DNA of 63,061 bases, filler included, from Octopus bimaculoides (GCF_001194135.2; 6 parts of 6 records of this genome joined end to end with filler, not necessarily neighbours in it), one strand, 5' to 3'; counted from the first letter of the whole stretch, positions 22,597-33,600 are shown. A program made the numbers and translations. Notes: a model not told the origin generated them from the letters alone.

Positions 22597-25500
22597 CTGC
22601 GTTAAATGTAATCTACTCTAGTCTCACCTTCAAATTCGAGTCGACGGTTCGGGATAACCAATCACTAATAATTTTACTAAATAGAAGACAATGGAATAAA
22701 ATTTTATACGAAGTTTAATCCTGATAAAGACTATGTAATCTCTTGGAATTGCAATGGTTGCATTCCTGTATACTACCGTTCGCGACAGCAGTGCACACTG
22801 ATCATGTATGGTATTCTCTAATTTCTCCTGTTGATTTTGTATTTATGATTGCATTCTGTGTGCGTCAGTTATAATTCACGATGTGTATTTGTTATGTAAC
22901 GGTTATCGCGTTTTCATTTATGCATTTACTTTAACTGGTCCCGAATCTACGTCTCATTTTATTTGCTAGCAATGACTATAAATTGTATTGCATTGATTTG
23001 AATAGAAATTCACTGATGCAGTCTCTTCAGCATATAGATAGATACATGCTACTAAAGTCCCAAACTCTTCTATGCACAATCACACATGTATTAATGCCAT
23101 AATACAGGGCATGTTTATATCCAGGAAATGAATGAATTATCAGTGTGTGCGACAGAACAAAATGGAGTGATATTACACGCTGGAGAGTGCTTATATGGGA
23201 ACAAGTTTAATAGTGCAAAAGATCTTAACGTTCGCTATAAGCATTTACTCAGATAAACAAGGGACACCCCTCTTCATGATAATTGCGTTTGGTCGAAATG
23301 GGGGGAAAGTAACCGTGAGATGAAGAAATGTATCAACTAGATTGATTGTCATCTGAATCATGAATAGAACCAGAGATACATGAAATATTTGCCATTTCCT
23401 ATATCCACTGTTTTCATACTGATTATAAATAAATATATGCACAGAGAAAATACGCATTGAGTACTAAATGAATAAAATAATAAAAGTTTGGCTGGGAAAC
23501 ACAAAAGGCTTCGCTTCAAGCGTCTGCTTAATCCCGTTAAAGACTCCCGCAGGATGAATGCAAAAGGCAATGTTTGAAACGTAATAAAATGTAAATAATT
23601 TTCTTAAATCCTCGATATATATTATATCTCGTCGAATATATATTTGCAGACACAGAGAGGCCCATAGACACTCAGACAAGTAGGGAAATGTAGAAGAATG
23701 GAATACAATATTCTATGTTAACCTGGAATGGTAGAGTACAAGAGTAGTGTCCACGTATTAGAATTTTCGAAATATTGCATTTGAAATCAGAATGTCGATT
23801 AAAATATTATAACTTGGGCGGGTTTCATATAAAAGCTTAAGAAAAGTTTTAAATGGAGACTTAACCTCTGGCGGGGAACATTCTAGTAATGTCGCTAAAT
23901 ATGAATAACGAATTTTATTCCCCATAGCAAATTCTCAGGTGAAAGTATAATATTGAATGGTTTATGCTGATTCAGCGCAGAAAAAAGGTAAACATTCTTA
24001 ACTTTGGAGGTTGATCCTCAAGTTTAACTGATGACAACAACTGTAGTATCTGAACACTGAAGGTTTTTGAATTTCCTAAGGTTCCTGTTCGTAGGTTCTA
24101 GTTAGGGTGCATTTACATTTACACTGACTAATTAAGATAATATGCAATGGTTTATGCTGATTCTGTTGAGAATAAATTACGCATTCTGTACTTTGGATAA
24201 AGGACGTTGAAGCTGAATTTTATAGAGGACAGCATGTTTGGTTGGAACTGAGAGTTCCCGGGTCTCAACACTGAAGACCCTTGGATTTTCTAAGGTTCAT
24301 GTACTTCAATCTTAATAATGCCATTTGTAGTGGATATTTAGAGCTTACATGAGACTATTGCTCATTTAACTTTTACTATTTCATTTAAATGCACCCTATT
24401 CACTGTCCCACCATGATATGATCTGATATTTTGTATGCGTAAATGGCACCTTAGTTGTAGTGGGAGCATATCAAACAAACGTAGCTGTACATTTTGAAAT
24501 CTTGAAAGATAAGTTATATCTTGAAAGATAAGTTACAAAAATAAGTTAATACTCGTCCCGTGTCTCATCACAAACTATAATTTATTGTAAAAGGACTACA
24601 TATACGAAGAATGTATAGGAGTTAGAATCTAAAGAATTTAGAATCTAAAGAATTCATAGGAGTTAAAATCTAATGACATCGTTTACTTTTACATTTGAAT
24701 TAACCTAAACACAGCATTTTGCTTTCCGATTCAGGTTTCAGCTGTAATGTGGTTAAATTTCTAATTTTAATTTTCCAATGTTTTCTAGGATCAGTTATGA
24801 TAACAAGCCTGCTTCCGTATTTTCCAAGTAATTAACTCTTCTTAGTAGTGACACTTTTATATACCCCCATTATTAAATCATTCCCGAATCGAAATTCAGA
24901 ATTATAAACGATGAAAGCATGGCATTTGTGCATTATATTTTAACATTAGTAAAGAACTAATGTTGATAAATTTAAAATATTCAGTTACATAAAAGCACCA
25001 TTCAGGGTATAGTGTAATTCGAATGAGATTTATGACTAAAAAATGAGCCAACCTGCTTATTATCTAGTATGGCGAGTAGATACATTGAGGTCTCATTCCC
25101 CGATATCTTCCCCTGATCCAACCAGCGTTCAAGCGTTTACAAAAGATGTTGAATTTAACATTGCGGCGGTGGGAACTATTCAAAAGAAATGGCCGATATT
25201 TCTTTTTTAAGTTGAAAATTTTATATTTTTCTTTGAGGGAATCGTGATGTATATGCCGCCTAGTGGAAACCGCAAGAAACACTTGAAAAGAAGAAACATA
25301 GTTAGAGTCGGGTGATTTCAGATTTTGAACACTTCCTTCAGTGTTAAATTCGCAGTCTTCATTATTGAAAGGAGAGAAAGCCTAAAAAAGTTTTGAAAAT
25401 ATGAAAACTCAGAATGCTCATATTCAACACGATTACCCCATTTTTTTTAGCACCTTTAAGCTGTGTGCATTCATTAACTGCCGAAAGAAAACAACAGAAA

Positions 25501-27008
25501 GCAGCATGATTTAGATCCGATCTTAATATTTAAATGACACATAAACCCGTCTGTACGTGTACACACATACATAAAATGTTACACAAACTCATGTATATAC
25601 ACACATGTGTGGTATGGTGCATGTGTATGTGTGTGTGTGTTTGTTCCTAAAACTTGCACAGATTGATACCTCAATGAACACCTATTTTTCCTACATTTAC
25701 AATTTTCAAATGTCGACTGGGTTTTTGTACACTATTATTTTCATTACGGTAGTACACGTGACATTTATTATACAACATTTTAAAAATAATATTAGAGATA
25801 AAATGGTTTAAATGTGAATTTAAGCCTCCAGCTGTACATTTATTCTATAATGTTCCGTTTTCGATTTTGGTTTTTGTACACCGGCAGCGATTTGTGCTTG
25901 TTTCTTTTAGGAAATCGTAACTAAATTAAATTATCAAACAGGAGTAACTCCGCTTAGATTTGACTAGTTTTCCAACGGCACTGATTTTAACGACATATAC
26001 ACACTGCTACTTCTTTATTTATGTATAAGAGAGATCAAATAATAGAAATCAATAAACCATTCCTCTCATAACTTGTGTCCATGCGTTACACATCCACTTT
26101 TTAGTAATCATAATACCGTAGTATTCGAGTCATAAACTGTTACAGCTCAAAATACTGGGTAGAATGGTCTTTTACCGTCAGATTAAACATATTTCAGTTG
26201 ATCGATAATTGGAATTGTATAAAGGTATGGAATTGGTTGCTATAAAGAAAGTGCTGACCTCAAGAATATCATTCACCCATTGGTGAGGACGAAAGATAAA
26301 AGGATCGCAAAGTTATAGATAGTGATATATATAGCGAATGAAAGCGAATAGTGTAAAATAAGATATTGATTCATACTTAGACAATACTATTGGTATATTT
26401 ATTTTTTCTCGCTTCATAAACATGTATGATATATACAATCCTTTTCTTAAGTGAGTATGTTTGTCAGTTTAACAAAATTAGTGTCACTAAAACAAATAAG
26501 TCGTACATGATAAACAAAATGAAATTAAAAAATCGTTTCATGCATATGACTTTTATACTAGTGACAGCGGAGCACTACTTCAGAAATATTCACTGGTGTT
26601 AAAAAGGCATTCTGCCATCTTAATAATGTAATTGGGTTACTCTATCAATATGAAGAGCGGTAGTATGAAATAAGTTTCTTTTCTTCGATGATTTCTTATC
26701 ATTTTACCAAACTAGGTACAGCAAACCGGCAGCCGAAATTTTCTTTGATTTAATATCGTCATACTTATTAATTTTCTATAGAGATGTTGTTTTGAATTTA
26801 ACTCGCACAAACGCATATATATATAAATATATATATAAATGGGGTGCTCCAACATGGGTACAATCAAATGACTGAAAGAAATAAAAGTATAAAAGAATAA
26901 AATATTATNNNNNNNNNNNNNNNNNNNNNNNNNNNNNNNNNNNNNNNNNNNNTTAATTAATTAANNNNNNNNNNNNNNNNNNNNNNNNNNNNNNNNNNNN
27001 NNNNNNNN

Positions 27009-28952
27009 CCTCCATCTACACCGTTTGTGTGAAATTGGAACGTACATGCGTCCGTTCGGAATCCCTCTGCACCTTTTGAGCTGAATTCGAACGTATGTGC
27101 GTCCGTTCAGCCTCCCTCTGCATCGTTCGGGCGGAATTCGATCGTACGTGCGTCTGTTCGCCCTCCCTCTGCACCGATCAAGCGGTATTCGAACGTACGT
27201 GCGTCGGTTCGGCATCCTGCACTTTTCGAGAGGAATTGGAACGTACGTGTGTCCGTTCGGCCTCCCACTGCTCCGTTCGAGCGGAATTCGTACGTACGTG
27301 CGTAGTTCGGCCTCCCTCTGCACCGTTCGAGTGGATTTCGATCGTACGTGCGTCCGTTCGGCCTCCTTCTTCACCCTTCTAGCGGAATTCGAACGTACGT
27401 GTGTCCGGTCGGCCTCCATCTGCACCGTTTGAGTGAAATTCGAAGGTACGTGCGTCCGTTCGGAATCCCTCTGCACCGTTCGAGCGGAATTCGAACGTAC
27501 GTTCGTCCGTTCGGAATCCCTCTGCACCGTTTGAGCTGAATTGGAACGTACGTGCGTCCGTTCAGCCACCCTCTGCACCGTTCGGGCGGAATTCGATCGT
27601 ACGTGCGTCCGTTATCCCTCCGTCTGCACCGATCAAGCGGTATTCGAACGAACGTGCGTCGGTTCGCCTCCTGCACTTTTCGAGCGGAATTGGAACGTAC
27701 GTGTGTCCGTTCGGCCTCCCTCTGCTCCGTTCGAGCGGAATTCAAACGTACGGGTGTCGGTTCGCCCTCCCTCTGCACTGTTGTAGCGGAATCCGAACGT
27801 ACGTGCGTCCGTCCTGCCTCCCGTTGCACCGTTCAAGTGGAATTCGAACGTACGTCCGTCATTTCGGCTTCCCTCTACACGCTCGTCCGTTCGAGCGGAA
27901 TTCGAACGGAAGTGCGTCCGTTCGGCTTGCCTCTGCACCGTTCGAGCGGAATTCGAACGTATGTACGGCTGTTCGGCCTTCCTCTCCACGTTTGAGTGTC
28001 CGTGCGCACTCCCTCTGCACTTTTGTAGCGGAATTCGAACGGACGTGCTTATGTTCGGCCTCCTGTGCACAGTTCGAACGGAATTCGAACGTAAATGCGT
28101 CTGTTCGGCCTCCCTCTGCACTGGTCGAGCGGAATTCATACATACGTGCGGCCGTTTGGCCTCCTTCTGCACGGTTCTAGCGGAATTCGAATGTACGTGC
28201 GTCCGTTCAGCCTCTTTCTGCACCGTTTGAGCGAAATTCGAACGTACGTGCCTCCGTTCAGCCTCCATCTGCACCGTTTGTGTGAAATTCGAACGTACGT
28301 GCGTCCGTTCGGCCTCCCTCTGCACCGTTCGAGCGGTATTATATCGTACGTGCCTCCGTTCGGCCTCNNNNNNNNNNNNNNNNNNNNNNNNNNNNNNNNN
28401 NNNNNNNNNNNNNNNNNNNNNNNNNNNNNNNNNNNNNNNNNNNNNNNNNNNNNNNNNNNNNTCGAGCGGAATTCGAAAGTACGTGCGTCCGTTCGGCATC
28501 CCTTCGCACCGTTCGAGCGGAATTCGAACGTACGTGGGTCCGTTCGGCCTCCCTCTGCACCGTTCGAGCGGAATTCGAAAGTACGTGCGTCCGTTCGGCA
28601 TCCCTTCGCACAATTCGAGCGGAATTCGTACGTACGGCCGTCCGTTCTGTCCCCATCCCCACTGCACCGTTCGACCGCAATTCGAACGTACGTGCTTCCG
28701 TTAAGCCTCCCTCTGCACGCACGTCCGTTCGAGCAGAAATCGAACGTACGTGAGTCCGTTTGGCTTCCCTCTGCACTGTTCCAGCGGAAATCGAACGTAC
28801 GTGCGTCCGTTCGGCTTCCCTCTGCACGCATGTCCGTTCGAGCGGAATTTGAACGTACATGCGTACGTTTGGAATCCCTCTGCACGCATGTCCCTTCGAG
28901 CGGAATTCGAACGTACGTGCGTCCGTTCGGCGTCCCTCTGCCCGCACGTCCA
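27009..28952. repeat. 51-bp CpG-rich minisatellite/satellite array (~36 monomers) with higher-order repeats
   Basis: Consensus TTCGAGCGGAATTCGAACGTACGTGCGTCCGTTCGGCCTCCCTCTGCACCG; ~59-bp variants near the right end; internal gap at 28368-28461. Confidence 0.95.
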
Positions 28953-29073
28953 NNNNNNNNNNNNNNNNNNNNNNNNNNNNNNNNNNNNNNNNNNNNTTAA
29001 TTAATTAANNNNNNNNNNNNNNNNNNNNNNNNNNNNNNNNNNNNNNNNNNNNCAAGCAACTCACTACACAGCC

Positions 29074-29075
<2 letters not shown>

Positions 29076-29136
<61 letters not shown>

Positions 29137-29160
29137 GAGAGAGATAGATAGATAGATAGA
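29076..29160. repeat. (GATA)n microsatellite
   Basis: Perfect GATA run. Confidence 0.97.
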
Positions 29161-29349
29161 TGGGTAGGTAGATAGAAATATAAAGAGAATAAATATATCC
29201 AAGTATGTTAGTGTTGACTTTACTACTTTGTCTTCACGCAGAGTGTGTCCCTGGAAATTCTTCCCCTCGTTTATCCATTTATCTGATCAGCCATATCTAT
29301 CCTGTTGTCCATCCTTCCCTCTTTCGCCTCACAGACAGCATGTGTAGTC

Positions 29350-29632
29350 ACAATGGTGGGGATGGAGGTGGCGGTAGTGACAGTAGTAGTAGTAGTAGGG
29401 GTAGCAGTAGTAGAAGTAGTAGTAGCAGTGGTAATGGTGGCAATAATAATAATAGTAGTGATTGTTGTAGTATTAGTGGTGGTGGTGGTGGTGGTGGTGG
29501 TGGTAAAAATAACAGTAATGATTGTAGTAGTATTGGTGGTGGTGGTGGTGGTACTAGTGGTAGTAGTGGTGGTGGTGGTGTGATGGTGGTTGTAATAGTG
29601 GTAGTAGAAATGGTGGTGGTGGTGGTAGTAAG
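29350..29632. repeat. (GGT/AGT)n cryptic trinucleotide tract
   Basis: GGT/AGT/AAT repeats that give spurious poly-G/S/V ORFs; runs into a gap. Confidence 0.9.
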
Positions 29633-30569
29633 NNNNNNNNNNNNNNNNNNNNNNNNNNNNNNNNNNNNNNNNNNNNNNNNNNNNNNNNNNNNNNNNNNNN
29701 NNNNNNNNNNNNNNNNNNNNNNNNNNNNNNNNNNNNNNNNNNNNNNNNNNNNNNNNNNNNNNNNNNNNNNNNNNNNNNNNNNNNNNNNNNNNNNNNNNNN
29801 NNNNNNNNNNNNNNNNNNNNNNNNNNNNNNNNNNNNNNNNNNNNNNNNNNNNNNNNNNNNNNNNNNNNNNNNNNNNNNNNNNNNNNNNNNNNNNNNNNNN
29901 NNNNNNNNNNNNNNNNNNNNNNNNNNNNNNNNNNNNNNNNNNNNNNNNNNNNNNNNNNNNNNNNNNNNNNNNNNNNNNNNNNNNNNNNNNNNNNNNNNNN
30001 NNNNNNNNNNNNNNNNNNNNNNNNNNNNNNNNNNNNNNNNNNNNNNNNNNNNNNNNNNNNNNNNNNNNNNNNNNNNNNNNNNNNNNNNNNNNNNNNNNNN
30101 NNNNNNNNNNNNNNNNNNNNNNNNNNNNNNNNNNNNNNNNNNNNNNNNNNNNNNNNNNNNNNNNNNNNNNNNNNNNNNNNNNNNNNNNNNNNNNNNNNNN
30201 NNNNNNNNNNNNNNNNNNNNNNNNNNNNNNNNNNNNNNNNNNNNNNNNNNNNNNNNNNNNNNNNNNNNNNNNNNNNNNNNNNNNNNNNNNNNNNNNNNNN
30301 NNNNNNNNNNNNNNNNNNNNNNNNNNNNNNNNNNNNNNNNNNNNNNNNNNNNNNNNNNNNNNNNNNNNNNNNNNNNNNNNNNNNNNNNNNNNNNNNNNNN
30401 NNNNNNNNNNNNNNNNNNNNNNNNNNNNNNNNNNNNNNNNNNNNNNNNNNNNNNNNNNNNNNNNNNNNNNNNNNNNNNNNNNNNNNNNNNNNNNNNNNNN
30501 NNNNNNNNNNNNNNNNNNNNNNNNNNNNNNNNNNNNNNNNNNNNNNNNNNNNNNNNNNNNNNNNNNNNN

Positions 30570-30624
<55 letters not shown>

Positions 30625-30789
30625 CACACGCACATATTGATTGATTACTGAGACACTATGTAACTAATGTATTATTTGTACTAGACTAACCATAACCAGC
30701 TTAATACTACTACTACTACTACTACTACTACTACAGTAATTAATGCTATCACCACCACCACTACTACTACTACTACTGTACAAGGACAG

Positions 30790-30998
30790 ACAGATAGAAA
30801 GAAAGATATATGTAGAGACAGAGGTAAAGAGAGAAAGATCATCAGAGAGAGGGGAGATAAAGAAAGAGAGAGAAGAGGAGAAAGAGTGAGAGAAAGGAAG
30901 AGGAAAGAGAGAAAGAGAGGGAGAGAGAGAGGAGAAAGAGAGGGGATAGAGAGGGAGAGAGAGGAGAAAGAGGGGATAGAAAGAGAGAGAGAGAGAGT
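30790..30998. repeat. Imperfect (GA)n polypurine tract
   Basis: Almost exclusively G and A on the plus strand. Confidence 0.9.
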
Positions 30999-31568
30999 GA
31001 TTTACCAGGATGGGAAGATGAAATAAACCACCCGTACAAAATCTCTGATGTCCAATGAGTCAAGTCACATGCTACAGAAGGACCTGTGATTCACCCACAA
31101 AACATCATCATCATAGTTCTCACATCCACATTTCCCATGCTAGTACAGGCTGAGTTATGGCTTTTAAACTGCATCCGGTAGAGGAACCCCTGCTTCTGCA
31201 GTCCCAGCATTTAAAGGAACGTGAAACCAGCTCTTAGCCACTTCTATCTCTTTTCCCAGGAGAACCAGCACCTCTCAGGGTCCCAGCCACTCTGATCAAA
31301 CTCCTGCAGGTCACAGATATGCTTTAAACTTCCTCTGATTGTTGGCTACTGATTTAGGGATCCCAGGATTTTCAGGAGCCACAATTATTCCTGGGTCTAT
31401 TCTCACCTGTCAGGGTCACAGTTTGGGGTTAATTAGCATATTATTGACATATTATTAGCATATTATTGACACAAATACACAGGCATAAGGGGACACAGAT
31501 ACATACATAGGCATTACTTGCCAATCACATAGTCTTAGGTTCACTTCCAGTGTGTGGCACCTTGGGTA

Positions 31569-32381
31569 AGTGTCCTTGTAAGGTTGTGTGCTCAATTCCC
31601 GGTAATGCATTAAGTCCTTGAGCAAGAGACTTTATTTTCATATTGCTCCAGTTCCCTCAGCTGGCAAAAATGAGTTGTACCTGTAATTCAAAAGGAGCCA
31701 GCCTTGTCACATGTCTGTGGAGTACTCAGCCACTTGCACGTTAATTTCGCAAGCAGGCTGCTCCGTTGATTGGATCAACTGGAACCCTTGTCATTACAAC
31801 CAACGAAGGGCCAGTTTTTTTCTGAAAGTGCATGGCTTAGTGGTTACGGCATTTTACTCACAACTGCAAGGTCACGAGTTCCAATTCCCAGCAAGACGCT
31901 TTGACATTACTTCAGTCCACTCAGCTGGCACAATTGAGTAGTACCAGTAATTCAAAGGGGCCGGCCTTATCACATTCTGTGTCACGTTGAATCTCCCAGA
32001 GAACTATGTTAAAGGTACACATGGTCTGTGGAGCACTCAGCCACACAAGCAGGCTGCTCCGCTGACGGGATCAACTGGAACCCTCCTCATCATAACCAAC
32101 GAAGGGCTAGATTTTTCAGAAGGTGCATGGCTCATTGCTTAGGGTATTCCACTCACAATTGTGAGGTCATGAGTTCAATTCCTGGCTACACATTGTCTCC
32201 TTGAGCAAGACACTTTATTTCACATTACTCCAGCCCACTCAGCTGGCACAATTGAGTAGTACCTGTAATTCAAAGGGACCAGCCTTATCACATTCTGTGC
32301 CATGCTGAATTTCCTTAAGAACTACATGAAAGGTATGCATGTCTGTGGAGCACTCAGCCACTTGCATGTTAATTTCACAAG
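31569..32381 (+). mobile_element. Head-to-tail trimer of a second CORE-like tRNA SINE (family B), CpG-decayed
   Basis: Three ~290-bp units sharing CCTTGAGCAAGA(C)ACTTTATTT / CTCAGCTGGCA / TACCTGTAATTCAAAGG / TGTGGAGCACTCAGCCAC; tRNA-like heads at ~31830 and ~32127. Confidence 0.85.
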
Positions 32382-32735
32382 NNNNNNNNNNNNNNNNNNN
32401 NNNNNNNNNNNNNNNNNNNNNNNNNNNNNNNNNNNNNNNNNNNNNNNNNNNNNNNNNNNNNNNNNNNNNNNNNNNNNNNNNGGAGCCTTTGATTTCTATG
32501 TAGGATGCCATGAAGATTCCGTCCAGATTTTTTGATTGTTGTTTATAAGTTATTTGGGGATGTAAGTTCGGTGGAGGTGCCTCCCCTTGACCGTCTCTGG
32601 TTTGTTTTCGATAAGCCTCGGTTCATTTCTGTGTATTTCGTTTTTTGGGGATTTGGTTTTGCAAGATTTTTCATGTCATTTCTTCTGTTGAAGCATCTTC
32701 TGTTGTGTCTGGGGAGAGTCATTTTCTTATTGTGC

Positions 32736-32888
32736 CTTAAAATTTAACACACTCACTGGTAAAATTTCCACTTGTTTCTTATTTTTATTTTCCTAAAATT
32801 TTTGTTGCGTCTTGCTACCTTTTCAATAGTCCTGACTCTCTTGAGAAATAAGTGGAAATTTTACCGGTGATGGTGTTAAATTTTAAGG
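32736..32888. repeat. 45-bp inverted repeat with 64-bp spacer
   Basis: 32736-32780 is the reverse complement of 32844-32888 with four mismatches. Confidence 0.9.
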
Positions 32889-33004
32889 TTCAGTCCCACT
32901 GCGTGGCACCTTGGGCAAGTGTCTTCTACTATAGCCTCGGGCTGACCAAAACCAAGCGAGTGGATTTGGAAGACTGAAACTGAAAGAAGCCCGTCGTATA
33001 TATG

Positions 33005-33068
<64 letters not shown>

Positions 33069-33287
33069 TGTGTGTGTATATCTTTGTGTGTCTGTGTTTG
33101 TCCCCCCAACATAGCTTGACAACCGATGCTGGTGTGTTTATGTCCCCGTAACTTAGCGGTTTCAACAAAAGAGACCGATAGAATAATTACTAGGCTTCCA
33201 AAGAATAAGTCCTGGGGTCGAGAATTGCTCGACTAAAAGGAGGTGCTCCAGCATGGCCGCAGTCAAATGACTGAAACAAGTAAAAGA

Positions 33288-33290
<3 letters not shown>
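32887..33290 (+). mobile_element. Family A SINE lacking the A-box, long internal (TA)n
   Basis: Starts at GGTTCAGTCCCACTGCGTGGCACCTTGGGCAAGT and is colinear with the other copies. Confidence 0.9.
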
Positions 33291-33329
<39 letters not shown>

Positions 33330-33384
33330 TTATATATATATGTATCTGTGTGTGTGTGTGTATATTCACACACACACATATATA

Positions 33385-33600
33385 TCATCATCATCATCAT
33401 TTAACGTCCGCCTTCCATGCTAGCATGGGTTGGACGATTTGACTGAGGACTGGTGAAACCGGATGGCTACACCAGGCTCCAATCTAATTTGGCAGAGTTT
33501 CTACAGCTGGATGCCCTTCCTAACGCCAACCACTCAGAGAGTGTAGTGGGTGCTTTTACGTGTCACCCGCACAAGAGCCAATCCAGGGGCACCGGCAACG
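33385..33600 (-). mobile_element. SINE or LINE 3' end with RTE-type tail
   Basis: Minus strand reads GGTTGGCGTTAGGAAGGGCATCCAGCTGTAGAAAC...GGACGTTAAATGATGATGATG. Confidence 0.7.

Noticed and set aside
27009-28952. CRISPR-like appearance of the palindromic repeats (also 43085-43641)
   Set aside because: Units are contiguous with no unique spacers of repeat-like length, there are no cas genes, and the context is eukaryotic.
26961-29004. Many long ORFs (up to 344 aa) on both strands over the 51-bp array
   Set aside because: A 51-bp stop-poor unit is open in several frames by construction, and indels shift the peptide phase mid-ORF. Not accepted as CDS without transcript or proteomic evidence.
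29205-30644. 479-aa and other very long ORFs spanning N runs (also 1450-1941, 16722-17514, 34871-36007, 47205-47564, 54020-54680)
   Set aside because: Mostly X residues and microsatellite translations.
33440-33470. CTGAGGA...GAAAC hammerhead-like string
   Set aside because: No stem II or stem I pairing; lies antisense within an RTE-tailed repeat.
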